A stretch of 64,000 nucleotides of DNA from Balanoglossus misakiensis (lineage: Eukaryota > Animalia > Hemichordata). Location: the NCBI GenBank assembly GCA_040954595.2, contig CM082577.2:7589846-7653845 (forward strand), in the 5' to 3' direction. How positions within the stretch are numbered: the stretch's first letter is position 1; every line of letters begins with the position of its first letter. The translations under genes and the position numbers were made by a program. Shown piece after piece: positions 40,507 to 56,055 of the stretch. Under the pieces are notes generated by a model that saw only the letters and a list, made by a program, of their open reading frames with translations, was not told the DNA's origin and did no database searches.

Positions 40507-42376
40507 CTATCTCATCCCAGCACCTCTCATTTCTAGTGGCTCGGCTTCGACCCCGCGCGTTGTCGTGGGAAGATCTGCAAAAGAAGAAGCCAGGGTACGG
40601 AAATTGAGTTGCAATCATGACGGAATGAAATCCAAAGACCCACTCATACTGTCATAGGATTGCAGGGTTCTGCCGAGCCAAAACGAAGTGATGGTCGCGC
40701 TCATGAATATTAATGAGATTATTAATATTCATCCGATTGTAATAGAATGAGGAAAAAATAAAGAGGATACAATACACTTCATACGCTACTCTTAGGTGCC
40801 ACACACAATTCCTTAATTCTGCCCTCTGCAGTTATCGGAAATAGTTTTTTCATTGGCATGTTCTCAAGACTTTTAAAGTTGTAAACCAAAATAGCAACTG
40901 ATATGGGTAGTCATAGTACATTAATATAAACGAGTAACTAAACAAACCCAGATCTCTTTCTGCAGCCATTCTGGTACTTCTCAACCTAGTGGCTGCTGGT
41001 TGATGCACTGCCCCTCGTCTTGCCGTATCCTGTTTACCTCGGCTGAGAAAGTGGGCCACAATACCATATAAAAGAGGCCTATGGAAAAAAAGGCAGTGAC
41101 AATGTGTTATTGTAAAGGACTGGTTTACACTTTATTTTCGTGTGTGCTAACCGCTGAAAATCTGTTAACTGGCTATGACAGACTTTTCCATGGTAACAGT
41201 ATATATATGACAATACATGTATACCTTTATTATATGTTTCCTAAAGTGAAAATTGCAAAGTCGTTTTTGCATGTATGTTCAGAATAAACAAGCCATTACT
41301 TACACAGTCGCTGTGTCTCTGTCTTCTGTGATGTTCAATTCATTTGAAAGAAATTGTCTGTCTAACGGAGTAGTTGGCTGCCCGGACTCTGCCAGCATTA
41401 AAAGTGACAAATATTAGTATAAAAATAACTGTACTAATGATATCTATTTTCAGGAACTTTCCCATCTGCCTTTTTTGTATGTTGCTTAATTATACTTCAG
41501 TGCAGACTACTATAAGACAATTCAGAAACATTCCAGCAAAATTCCATAATGGCCATTAGTGACTAGATCAAGAGAACGCATCAGATGTCTTAGACAGTCA
41601 AAAAACCTTCTGTGTTGTTCCATAAAAGTTAAAACACTCTAGTGTGCGGTAACCATGACAATGAGACACAGAGAGCGCCTTACCTGACAACAGGACGGAT
41701 TCTGAGTACTTGTATTTGTTGAACTGCAGGTATTCTCTGATTAATTCGTTAATTAGCATATTCTCATTACTGAGTGGCGGTCTGGGATCTGTCTGGTCAT
41801 CCAGTGCATTGAACACCTCGGCTCGAATTCTGGCCTGGATTTGACCGAGTGCGCCTCGGTTTTCCAGCGTTTCTTTCAGCACTGACGGATGAAATGAAAA
41901 TAAAATCTGGGAGTGAATTTGGATGACAAAAGGAGGGTCCTTTCATAGAGCTTTAGTTACTACCATCCACAATTCTGTGGATACTATTATGACCGTCATG
42001 CCGATCAGAATTACCGTTGAAAGCTATGCTCGACGTTCTCATTTGTATTGTAACGCTTGGTGACTCCGATACAACGGGAGACCGGGCACTCTTGGACACC
42101 GTTTGAAATTGACTCAGTTGGACGACACATACAACGGGTAATAATATTCTAATAAAGTCCGACTCTCTAGCTCAGAAACATGTCGTGGCAGGTCCAGATT
42201 CTCCGTTGCCTCGGATTTAAAAACCCGTGCATATCTGTCACGCAACCAAGTTCGGGTTGTCGCAAATGATATGCACACCTCTATCAAGTTCATGACCAAG
42301 TTAGTAGAAAATGCGTGTATGTAGATTTGGTGTGTCACCGATATTTACCTGATTTCAGTTCTTGAACATTAGCCAT
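40507..42376 (-). CDS. FOPNL: FOPNL / CEP20 (FOR20) LisH-domain centrosomal protein, 5 exons, ~169 aa
   Basis: Exons (minus): 42376-42349, 41881-41684, 41388-41304, 41078-40948, 40574-40507; 510 nt in frame. The product MANVQELKSVLKETLENRGALGQIQARIRAEVFNALDD...ENMLINELIREYLQFNKYKYSESVLLSESGQPTTPLDRQFL...PLLYGIVAHFL closely matches vertebrate FOPNL as I recall it. The last exon is less certain. Confidence 0.9.
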
Positions 42377-42399
42377 GGCCAAAACGGTGTTCAACTGCT

Positions 42400-42645
42400 C
42401 CTGTGGATGTGCGTTCTGTGTTTTGAAATATGCGCCACTTCCTGTTATGACGTTAGGGTCAACTGGGGTCATGGTTCAAAGGTCAACTAACTTTTTTGGC
42501 TTCGTTATGATTCATTGATTGCTATCAGGTCTATAAACAGGAAAACGCTGAGTATGCTTAATCCTTTCGCCTGTCAGGTCTATAAATAGGCGATGCACCA
42601 TGTTTTAAGTTTAACACAGGCGGTCGTTGTGGAGTGTTCCGTAAG
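42400..42645. promoter_or_regulatory. Putative bidirectional promoter shared by FOPNL and ADPRH
   Basis: Divergent start codons are 726 bp apart. Contains an ETS-like CACTTCCTG (~42436), TGACGT, four RGKTCA half-sites (42456-42485), two copies of TCAGGTCTATAAA (~42525, ~42574), and a GTAAGT donor at 42642 consistent with a non-coding first ADPRH exon. Confidence 0.6.
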
Positions 42646-43101
42646 TATGTATCATTTTTAATGGTTGATCATTGATGCTCAGCTTTCTTGTGCGAGTCGT
42701 ACATACACGAACTGTTTACTAGGGTCTATGTTTACATGTACGAAGTACATCACAATTGTCATGTCAGCCTGGTGGAATTGAAGTCATGGGCAGCGTGGTG
42801 TAGTGTATAGTAGAGGGTATAGCTTTGACGTGACGGTGAATTGTAGAAGTAGATCATGCAGAATACATAGCCATTCCCTCCCATGCACACAAATACTACG
42901 GGGGGGGGGGGGTACATGTACATGTAGCCCTGTGTACAGGTCAGTGTGTTCACGGCGTTACATTTTAACATTTTGATGGCCCATGCAGTACTATTACAGA
43001 TCTGACAAAAATATATGACAAACTGTTTATTTGATCTCCCATTATGTGTATATTTTTTTTACTAATTCATCTTTGAAAGGGGCTCAGAGGAATAGACAAA
43101 A

Positions 43102-45870
<2,769 letters not shown>

Positions 45871-48589
45871 GATCTCAAACGCAACAATACAAAGATATAT
45901 GTGCTACTGATAATGCAAGCAAAATCAGTTTTTAACCTACATGTACATGAATTCACATGAAATTTTGTCAGAAAGTCAGTTTTAACAATGTTCACCCAGA
46001 ATTGTAAAAATGAGTAGATGATATATATTTAGAAATCATAGATTTTGATAACTGGACATCTGGACTTGGCTTGCTACGTGAATTAGTGTGGTAGGTTTGG
46101 GTTCAAATCCCATAAAATTCAAGTTGATTTGATACACTTTTATATATTTAACCAAGAAAACTTAAACACAGACACTTACAGTATTTGCTCTTCCAAGATT
46201 TATTTCACCCAAAGGCACTTGTCAGGTATAGTATTCTTTTACAGTAAAAAAAAAAAATCAAACGTACAGCCAGACAAAATCAGATTATAGTGCAGTGCCA
46301 AAAAACAGCCTGTACAGATAATAGTCAAAGTATTGCATAGGAGTGTATACAGACAGTTAAGAGGCTGAAAATATGACATGTTGTCTGGCAGAATCTAAAA
46401 ATACATGTATGTACCTGCATGTACAATACCGTATAAGGCACACTGCATATTTCCATGCCACAACAGGACATGTGTTTGTAAATGGTACAGTATTCATAAC
46501 ATGGCTCTGAACGCTCACATTCCAGTAGAAAAAGAGGGAAAAAATAAAACCAAGAAAATTCTGTATCTCTTAATTTACAAATCTATACAAACTTATGCAA
46601 AATTCACATCAAGCCCTTCTTATATATATATTGTTTTCGTCAAAGGTGAATAATTCTACTGTACAAAAATACATGTAACTGTGATTTTTATATATACTTG
46701 TACTCCAGTAATCTGAATGTCTTATACTTTGCATATTTTACAGAAAACGGTCACACCAATGTCTTGTATTTCATTTTTATGTTACGATATTAATTTCCTT
46801 ACTTCGTCTGGTCGTACCAATATGGTAGGAGATGATGAGATTGACTATAGACACACCTGAGCACACACTTGCATGAATTTACGTCAAAGGCTGCCTGCAG
46901 CTAGCAAAATCAGCATCTGCATTTGTGCACTTCCGCCACTTTGCTAGCCCCTATTTCCCCCTCAGAGTGGTTCATCCCCACTGTTAGAATACAGTGGCAT
47001 GGACCAGAATGCATGGCCCTGGGGTGAGACGTAAAATTCAATTTTATATGTTTTTATATTTGATATGTATCATTCCGACAGGTTGAACAACTGTATGTTG
47101 GATGAAAATAAACAGACCATTACCAAAGCCAATCTATACTAAGTCCTGAGTTTTTCACACACACAAGAATGAATTTAAGGAATGCATGTATGTAAAGGTC
47201 AAAGCATGATACTCGTACATAACTCCATGAGCAGTATGACAAGCTTGCCATATAATGCAATAATTTGAATCGACTCGGTTGTATTCTTTGCTCTCTTCAA
47301 AACAAATGCTGGCAAATCGGCAATATGAGAAAATCAAGAAGTGGTGGATGAACTCAAAATCAAAAGTATAAATATAGCACAACAAATATTTTAGTCACCA
47401 TGATTAATCTCAGGCAAGGCGCAATTTTTCATGAAACATGGTACTTTCAGGATAGGGGAGGTATGAGGGGAGGGGGGATAAGCTAACCAATTTCCCACTC
47501 ACTGGTATACTTCTTAACTGACTCGCACCTGATCGAGGTATACACGGATGTTAATGCCAAAGTATAATGCTGAATCATAATTTGAGGGTCAACCCTCATC
47601 CATACCCCACCCCTCCCCCTCCTCAAAACATTCTGCATGTACACTCCACATATATCTATGCCATGTAAAAGGCAATAACATGATTCATTTGATCACAAAA
47701 TTAACCGCAGAAAATATTAATTCAAGGAAATCATATGGCAGAGCCTTTTGTAACCATGATTCTGACATAATGACCAAAAAAGTATTCATATTGGCACCTA
47801 TAATCATATACATCAAATACTTCTTTCTAAATCCGCAGGTTAACTAAACAAAACTCATGATTCTGGACTTCTCTGCATATTTGTCCACGATTTGAATGAT
47901 CGGAATCAATCTACTACTCACAGCAATCAGCACACCCTCAAACAATATTTAAATCCCTCCTTACAAGGGCATGCCAGAGATTCTGTGTTCGGTAGATGAT
48001 CGTCAAGGAAGCACGGCCAGCCCTGTTACTGGGATGAAACAAATTCAAGGTGCGAATGGTAACAATTCTAGAAACATGTCAAACACAACATGTCGTAAAA
48101 CTGCAGTAAATAGTAGTTCACTCACTGATTGTACATGTATGTCAGTTCTACCGAATGGCGTGTGTGTTGAAATCTGTTGTGTGCGTGCCTGCATGCCCCC
48201 AACTTCTGCCAAGTCAATTTTCTTACAAATTTAAGCCTCTTAATTTGTCAGCCACAATTTGTAATCACGGTCAATTCATTAAAAAAAAAACTTTTTTACA
48301 GAAACTGAATTTAGCACACGGAGGAATAAGAATTTTGACATTCAAAATGCGAGTTGTGGGCTTCAGTGACATTTCAAACTCTTAGTGGGACGGACTGGGA
48401 CTTTGATTGCATGGATTGTACTGATGTCAAAATTTAAGAAAAAACCTTGTATCTGGTAGAGTAAACTCAAAACAGCTAGCACCTATTGAATAAATCCTTA
48501 AAAATAATTTTAAAACATTTCAAGTTGCCATTTTCGAGACTGGTCCTAGTCGCACAATGCATTTCTTTCTGGTTACTAAACCTATATCG

Positions 48590-51500
48590 TTACACGCTCT
48601 GTTCATAGAACTTCCAGAAGGCATCATCCTTCGGGACTGGCTTCGGAGGGGACGGTGGCGGTTGAACTGGTTCAGAGACTGGAGCCGCCGGGGCGGGCGA
48701 CGGCTCCTTGGGCGGTGGTTTGACCTTCTTTGGCTTGGGTTTGGGTTTGGGCTGTTCGGGGGGCGGCGGGGGCTTCTCCCTCTTCTGGTTCCTGTCCCAG
48801 TTGGCTTCCGGCTTCACCTGCGAGTTAAAATAGTCTGCCCACGCTTGTTTCCGCCTCATGTCAAGAACATTGCTCTCTGCCCATTTGCCTGAGAGGGGGG
48901 AAGTAGATCAAAGACAAACGTTAGAAAATTATCTGGGTACTATAATCAGCAATTTCATGATTACTGATAACAATGATTAGATTCGAATAACTGGCAGAGC
49001 ATCAGGCTAGATATCAAATCTCATTAGACTACAAATTAATGTACTATGTTTATTCTGCCCTTTTGAGACTATTAAAGCTTTAAAGATACAGGATAAGGCT
49101 ATGGCAAACAGTGTTCTCCCAAGAGCAATTAGGGAATATCAGCCAATAATTTTGAGAAAACAATCGAAATCATCATCATAACAATTAACCACATTGTTGT
49201 GTAAATTAGCCAACTGTATCAGAAATTCCCAGGGGAGAAAACTGGCAGGAAGAATAATTTTTATTTGTGGAGAAATCACAAAATATGCGTGTTTGTAATC
49301 TAAGCAACCGGAAGGACGACCACAAAGGAATGACCTAGCTTTCACCGAAGGTGTGTATATTGATGTCATGCACATAAATGTATGCATGTAGCAATTAAGA
49401 CAGATTGATTGTACGTGTACATGTACCGCGTATTGTCATGAAAGTAAATCAATACATGTACCACACTAGTATTAGAGAACTATTGTCACATGCACACAGC
49501 CTAACAAAGCAAATTTCTCAACTCGATAACAGTATTGATTAAAGCATATTAAAAAGGCAAGAGTTGAAATGTAATTAGTAACTCAGTGGTGTTAAAACTT
49601 AATTGTGTCATGATTTCAGGGTTTACATGTAAAATGACCTTTAGTCAGTCTTTATCGGTTGTTTTACACCAAAATTGTATTGTGCTATATTTTGCAATAT
49701 TTTCCATTACAAAAGTTCTATGTTACTTGGAGACTCCGTTCTAAGCAACATTACAGAGCTGTGCATGAAATGAGTTAAGCACGCCATTTCAGAATTTCAG
49801 CATCGTCTATTTTGAAAGAAAGAGAGAGAGTGAGTGAGAGTGACCGACGTACATTATTGCTATCATTCTTTACTAGGTTTAGCCAACATCAACATGCGTT
49901 CATCCCACGCTTTCTTCATGCGTCCTCTGATCACGTTATCTTCGTTCCACTTGCCTGATTATACAAAAGAAGAATATCACATGTCTTTATAATATAAGTC
50001 TTTCCTGTTTTTGTCTTTTTTTCCTTCGTCACTTCTTCTTTCGTCTCGTAAAGTAACACCAAATGCCCTCGACGGGGATCAACACAAAGGAATTCGATAC
50101 TCTTCTCCGGTGACGGTACATTATTCACACAAAATCCGATACGGATTTGGATTAGAAAGCGGGGGAAAATAAAAAGGAATGCCCGATTTGTGTTCCGGAG
50201 GCCATTGCGGACTCGTCTTACTGACGGAGCCATGTTGTAATGTGTATACACTCCAGCTTGTATGAGATTAAAAGGCATGTCTAGACTCAATCCAGGGAAA
50301 CACAGTAACTCAGAAATGTTAGCATAAAACACCACACAAGCTTGACACTCCGGGTATGTTTTCACGATGCATACCTGGGAAGCAATGACGCTGGGGAAAA
50401 AGACAGAAGGCAGACAGAATACATGTAATAACAAGTGAATTCATTTCACTTCACCAGTTCTTCATGTAAATAACTAAAGGTATCAATAACCCAGTGAAAA
50501 AGACATTCATTTACACGGGAACGTAACTATGTCTTTATTGGAGGTACATTTATGCCTTTAATTTGCACATTCCAAACTGCCTTCTGTACATTTTTCTCAA
50601 TCATTGCACACTTAAGTTTTAATCATCACCTACAGTTGCTTAGATTACAGCGTATGTGCTTGTGTGCACGTGTGTGATTGCAGATAAGAGTTTGGATAAC
50701 ATTGTACAGTAGTGGCATGCTAAGCTTTAAAACATTTGGCCCCAGAAAAAAGTTTTATCATTTTTTTAGGTACATGTAGCATACAAAAGTACAGGTGTGT
50801 AAAAGTTGTTAAATAATGTGTCAGTGCTATAGCAATAAAAAAGGGGAAATTCCCATACATGCAGAGCAATATTTCAAATGTATACTAAGTGCTTCTTGAC
50901 AAGATGAAGGAAAGAAAGCGAGACTTACTGTCTTCGTTTTTCAGGATGGCAAACTGGGGAGGATATTTTTGATCAGAGGTCTTGAAGACGTCTTCGGTGT
51001 ACGAGTCCGTGTTGAGACTGCGCACGCCACTCACGGGAACGCCGCCGAAGTGGTCGTACCGCAGGTGGTTGCTCAGCGCCTCGTAACTGGGACTGTTCTT
51101 CTTGGGAACCTTGCCGCGGTCGACCCGGGCCTCGCTCTTCGCCCTGGGCTTGCGGACCGGCGTTCGCACCCTCTCCACCCCGTCCAGTATCTGCTTCTCG
51201 TCGCCGATCAGGTCGGTCATGATCTGGGTCCCGTACCGGTGACGGACGTTGGCCGGGATTGGGTCGTTTCTCACCGACTGTGCCCTCGCCGGCGCGTGTT
51301 TGTTTGACTGCGTTATGGGAGAGTGGTATTCCCCCTGTCCCGGGTTGGCCGGAACCCCTACCACCCCACCGTGACCAGTCCTGCTGTTACCGCTGTACGC
51401 CACCCTTCCACTTTTTCCCAGAGCATTACCCGTGAGTTTGTAAGCCGAATTATCGCGAAGCCTCGGATGCCTGTACGAATCGTAGTTGTAATCCCCCCTG

Positions 51501-51946
51501 TCGCCCAGCCCCACGTTGTTGAACAGTTCTGGGTGAGCCACGTCGGTGGCAGATAACTTGACGTCGGTCTTGTAGGGGTTTTTGTCCGTGATGTGCGCGG
51601 GCTGGAAGGGCTCCCACACTTGGTGGGATCCCAGCGTGTGGGGATCGGGCTGGAAATACAGCGCGTTCTGTTCCACCGCCCGGAGTTTTTCCTTGGCGTG
51701 GGTGGTCGATTGCCACTGTTCCTTGTAATCGGTTTTGCTGTTCAGGATTCTCTGCGAATCGCCGGGTTGCTGGTACTTCATTAGCCTCTCCTGAGCGACG
51801 GGAACTTTCTTCTTCGGCTTGCTGGAGGGAAGTCTGCCCGGAGTATCGCCGTCCCTTTTGATTTCCACATTGGTACCAAAAAGAGTTCTAGGCGCCACAG
51901 CCTGCGTACGCTTGGCTTTCAAATCCGCGTACGTCTTTGCCGCCAT
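48590..51946 (-). CDS. TEX33: TEX33-like protein, long isoform (exon 51946-50929 + distal last exon 48888-48590), ~438 aa with Pro/Lys-rich C-terminus
   Basis: The large exon contains IPANVRHRYG..I..L and Y..L...LR...F.G.....SL..DSYT.DV, resembling TEX33 (IPANIRHKFG; SLMKASYT.EV, from recall). The phase-1 donor A|GTAAGT at 50929 joins a CTCTCAG acceptor at 48888 in frame (SKWAESNVLDMRRKQAW...DDAFWKFYEQSV*). Confidence 0.7.
49863..51946 (-). CDS. TEX33: TEX33-like protein, short isoform (exon 51946-50929 + proximal last exon 49954-49863), ~369 aa
   Basis: The same donor joins a pyrimidine-rich ...AATCAG acceptor at 49954 in frame: SKWNEDNVIRGRMKKAWDERMLMLAKPSKE*. This resembles the TEX33 end (GRWHQKNAMNLNLQKALEE, from recall). 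Confidence 0.7.
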
Positions 51947-52786
51947 GATGGAGCAGGATCAAACTAAATTTTTCAAATTTGTCAGAATGTGGTGATGCTT
52001 TCACTTGCTGAATCAACAGGTGGTATTACACTTACAACTCTGGCATTAAGATCTTCATTGTACTTCTTTTCTCTGTTGCATAGCAACTGTGGATCTGTAT
52101 TCTGGGAAAGTCAAAGAATAAATCACAAACAGTTGGCTTTAATTACCTACTATATCTGGGATATATCACACACTTGTCACAACTGGGGACCCCAAATCAC
52201 AATTCAAGGCACTGAAGTTTTAATAGTTTATGATAAGTATAATGTATTGGGCAGTATCGCTGCATAACTATAAGATCATGTGGAGTTGCTATTAGCTTTG
52301 TTGGCTTTGGGGGACAGAATGTCTCCTAACCAATGTTTACATGATATATACATCATGATATTTATGATGTGCATGTTTATTTAATCATCTGCCGTGTTCA
52401 CAATAGTGGCATATAAGCTTAGAAAACGTACATTGCTAAAAGTGTTCATATAGACAGGGCCTGACAGACCAGACCGGTCAGACACTGTACAGGTAGCTAC
52501 CATTACCACTACCAGTACCACGGACATTATTATGTCAATGTCAGACACTCTGATACCACTTACACCAGTAGGTTTGCAAACTTTAACATTTGGCCCCAAT
52601 CACCCATTACAAATTATCCGTTATATTTTGTCATGTCCAACAAGTTGTGTTGTTGAAAAGCGGGAGCAGCTGATAATGGTTATAACTTACCTACATGTAG
52701 CTAAAACACGACCCGATGCCTGAGCTCGCTCTTGGGTTCACTTGCCTTGAAGTAAGTGCATAGCAGCTGAGCTGGCGGCGTACGCT

Positions 52787-52800
52787 GTTGCTAAGGCTAC
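52787..52800. promoter_or_regulatory. RFX X-box-like element upstream of the TEX33-like gene
   Basis: GTTGCTAAGGCTAC versus X-box consensus GTTGCCATGGCAAC, ~100 bp beyond a minus-strand GTAAGT donor (~52690) that could end a non-coding first exon. Confidence 0.5.
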
Positions 52801-53535
52801 CCTCGTATGGAAAAGTATTAGTGAAAAATAGTTGACGTTTGTCTAGTCGTGAATAATTATTAATAGAAGGTGTTAAAAATCAATATACATGATATTTATT
52901 TTTTTATTTCAATCGTGACATATGACGATAATTTTTTTTTTTCCAAATAAACCTAATTTATTAGTTTTCATGCTTGGACGAGGACATAGGCTCATCTTTT
53001 GCAACGTCACAAAACTGGCGGAAGTGACGTTTAGCACTTACACATGTTTAGCTGTCTGGGTCGAAACTGACATTGTGCAAGCAAGGTACTCTGATCGTAT
53101 TCGTTGGTTGGTTTACAGACGGTAAGTAGCTGCTTGTTTCTAAGAATTGTCCCAAACGATTGACACTCGAAGTTTTATGCTCTGTGGTCTAGTGTAGTCA
53201 CGACAGTGTGAAGTTTGCCGTGACCGCAAAGCCAAAGGCACTGGTAATGGTATTCTATACATGTATTTCAATTTTCAGGTTACATCATCATGATCATCAC
53301 AGGGCTTTTCGCGATTTACTGTGACTGACTGACTGCGATGTCTGAGCGGAGCCACGCAAAGTGTTGCATTCGGTCTCTATTATAGTTGCAGTGTCATTAA
53401 AACAAGGTTGTGCGTGCCCACTGTGGTGCATAGTGCTGGTTGCGTGTGTGGGGGAGGGGCCGGGGGCAAAACCTGATGCGGTTGTGTTGCACAACCTACA
53501 GTAGATTTCATATTTTCTGATTTCAGTGTGTAAAT

Positions 53536-55183
53536 ATGGCGTGTAGAGTGATTTGCAGGACAGTGAGGAGCCACACTACAAGACTTCTGCTGTCCCCGTT
53601 GCAGAGGCAAAACGTCGCTGGAATGTACGAAATTTCAAAGGGCCCAGTGTCTTCCCTGAGGTAGGCTATGCACCAACAATAATAATGTGATGTATATTGT
53701 ATCGCAGTGTTCTTATAGAGAATATCATTGCAGGGTAGAAACTTAATGTATCATGCTCTGACAGTGTCACAACTTATAGCATTGTTTTCTGCTTACATGT
53801 CAAGCATTCAGTCAACGTGAAAAGTCTGAAAGGGGAGGCATGTGCCCTTTAACCCCAAATTATTTTCTGAACAGCGCCCTCTGTGGCCAGAGTTTACACG
53901 AACCAACAAGCATAAAGATATTGCATTGTCAAAATCTGCTGTTTGTCACAGGCAGGATCATCATTCTAATTTCAACCAATAACCACAGCCAAAACCTTAG
54001 CGTGTCGTTCGCTACCCGTCTACATAATGTGACAAGATGCCAATACCATAATATTCAGCCAATATGCGTATCATTCCTAGTAACACAAAATGTACATGTA
54101 TGTTTTTTTTTCTTTCTTTTTTTGAAGACATTTACCCACCAGGTGTGCATTTCTACATACCAGCAACTGCTACAGAACGTCCTTCAATGTACAAGACAGT
54201 GAGGATTTTACACAGCGAGTTATTAAGAGTGATGTTCCGACGGTGGTTGATTTCCATGCAACGTAAGTAAAGTATCAGTGATTGGCCAAGTATTCGTGCG
54301 TGATTTATGCTTTTTGGTAATTCCATTGTGCATTTCACTTCTGGGTTAACTGAGCCAGGAAAAATTCTTTTAGGCATCTACATTTTGTTCAGCTACTCTA
54401 AATGCAAAGTCCATAAACTTTGATTTCCATCAGAGGTCACAAAATCATGAAGGCTCACCTTCACCCATGATTCACACACAACTTCACCGCTGGCTGTTTT
54501 CGAAACCCCAGAAGTCATATATAGGACACGCTTTTGCGAAGAGAGTGTTTGGTTGCTGAAAAATAATTTCCTGACTGACAATCTCTAAAAGAGGCTCGTA
54601 TGACAACACCCTAAAGTCACCAGGAGTTCATTAAATATTTATCAGAAATACAGAGATAAGCCCATATCTTGGATGTTAAAATATTTAACATGTGTAAGTT
54701 GAGTTGTAAAATCAACTCCTTGAATAATTAAAAGTCAAAGTGTCTTGACTTATTCCGAAAGAGAAGAAATTGGGTTAAGATGGTTTTGAACATGAAATCC
54801 AATACAAATAACTTCCTACGTGAACTAGAAATAGCCCAAATAATATAAAAAGGTGCTATATCTGTATCGCCTTGATTAAATACGTGCATTGCTTGTAGCA
54901 CCAAATCTCTATACCCTGTGAGTAACTGTTGGGTTGATTGCTCTACAGGTGGTGTGGGCCGTGTAAAATCCTAGGACCCCGGCTGGAGAAAGTCATCGGA
55001 GAGAAGGCGGGCAAGGTGCAGCTTGCTAAAGTCGACATCGATGAAAACACAGACCTGGCCATGGAGTACGGCGTGTCGGCAGTTCCGACGGTCGTGGCCA
55101 TGAAGAACGGCGAGAAAGTGAGCGAGTTTGTCGGCGTCCTGGAAGTTGACCAGCTGGAAGCGTTTGTGGAGAGTTTGGTGTAG
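53536..55183 (+). CDS. TXN2: Thioredoxin-2, mitochondrial, 3 coding exons, ~164 aa
   Basis: Exons 53536-53660, 54128-54262, 54949-55183 (495 nt in frame). Arg/Ser-rich presequence [20 protein letters not shown]; [27 protein letters not shown]|[14 protein letters not shown]...[29 protein letters not shown] is TXN2-like. A probable non-coding exon ends at a GTAAGT at 53122; AATAAA ~55387. Confidence 0.93.
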
Positions 55184-56055
55184 TCTTTTTTCTTTAAGCT
55201 GCCGCTATGCATCCGGACAGATCTGTGAGAAGCCTACAGAACTAGTTAATGCACTAAAACTTGGTCGATGTAAGAAATGTAGACTTTGACACGTGTACAT
55301 GTAGTTCTACCACATGTGCTGTTATCTGCTTGTGTGATGCCGAAATGGGGTACAGAGACTTGCAGCAATTGAAACATGGACACATTAATAAAGTATCATG
55401 GTGTATTCTTCCCACTGAACGCGACTAACATCCCTTTGTTGGGTTTTAGAATGTTTGGCCTTTGTAAGAATTCCCAAGACTTCGCACAATGAAACAATTT
55501 TTTTGTGAAAAACAATGTACTGCTGTCTAATTTGATCTAATGGGAAATTTGGGCGATTGTGCTAAAACTGATGGTTATGAGTGTACGTTCAGTAAGCTAA
55601 ATCAGGGTTTTCAGCCTTCTATTATATATGCCATCCCTGGTTCTCTTATGTGCTTTCTAGATTTATTCAAATTCTGACAACACTACCAATATTGTAACAA
55701 GCCCAAAGCTCCCTGGTACTGAGTGTATTTTAGAAATTGATTAATTATTACGAGAAGATCAAATACTTTTTGCAATACCAGCATCTGTCATTATGCTGTT
55801 TTTGTCCGAGTACTGGAAACGGTATTGTATTATACAGAGCTGCTGTATCGTAATTGGCACGCCTGGTCTGAGCGGAAGTTTCTGTATTGAACGATACCGG
55901 TACTGCGCGTACGTGTTTATTTAGTTACTGCATAAATGAGTTTGCAGTTCATGGGGAACAGAATTTCAATGTACCTGCTCGGAAAGTCGGGACTAAATGG
56001 ATTCTAAAATCTATTTTGAGTAGCCGCACGCTCGTCACTTTAGAAATTTTAAACT

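Noticed and set aside
46070-46115. GGTTCAAATCCC B-box-like motif suggesting a tRNA or SINE
   Set aside because: No cloverleaf or clear A-box could be built.
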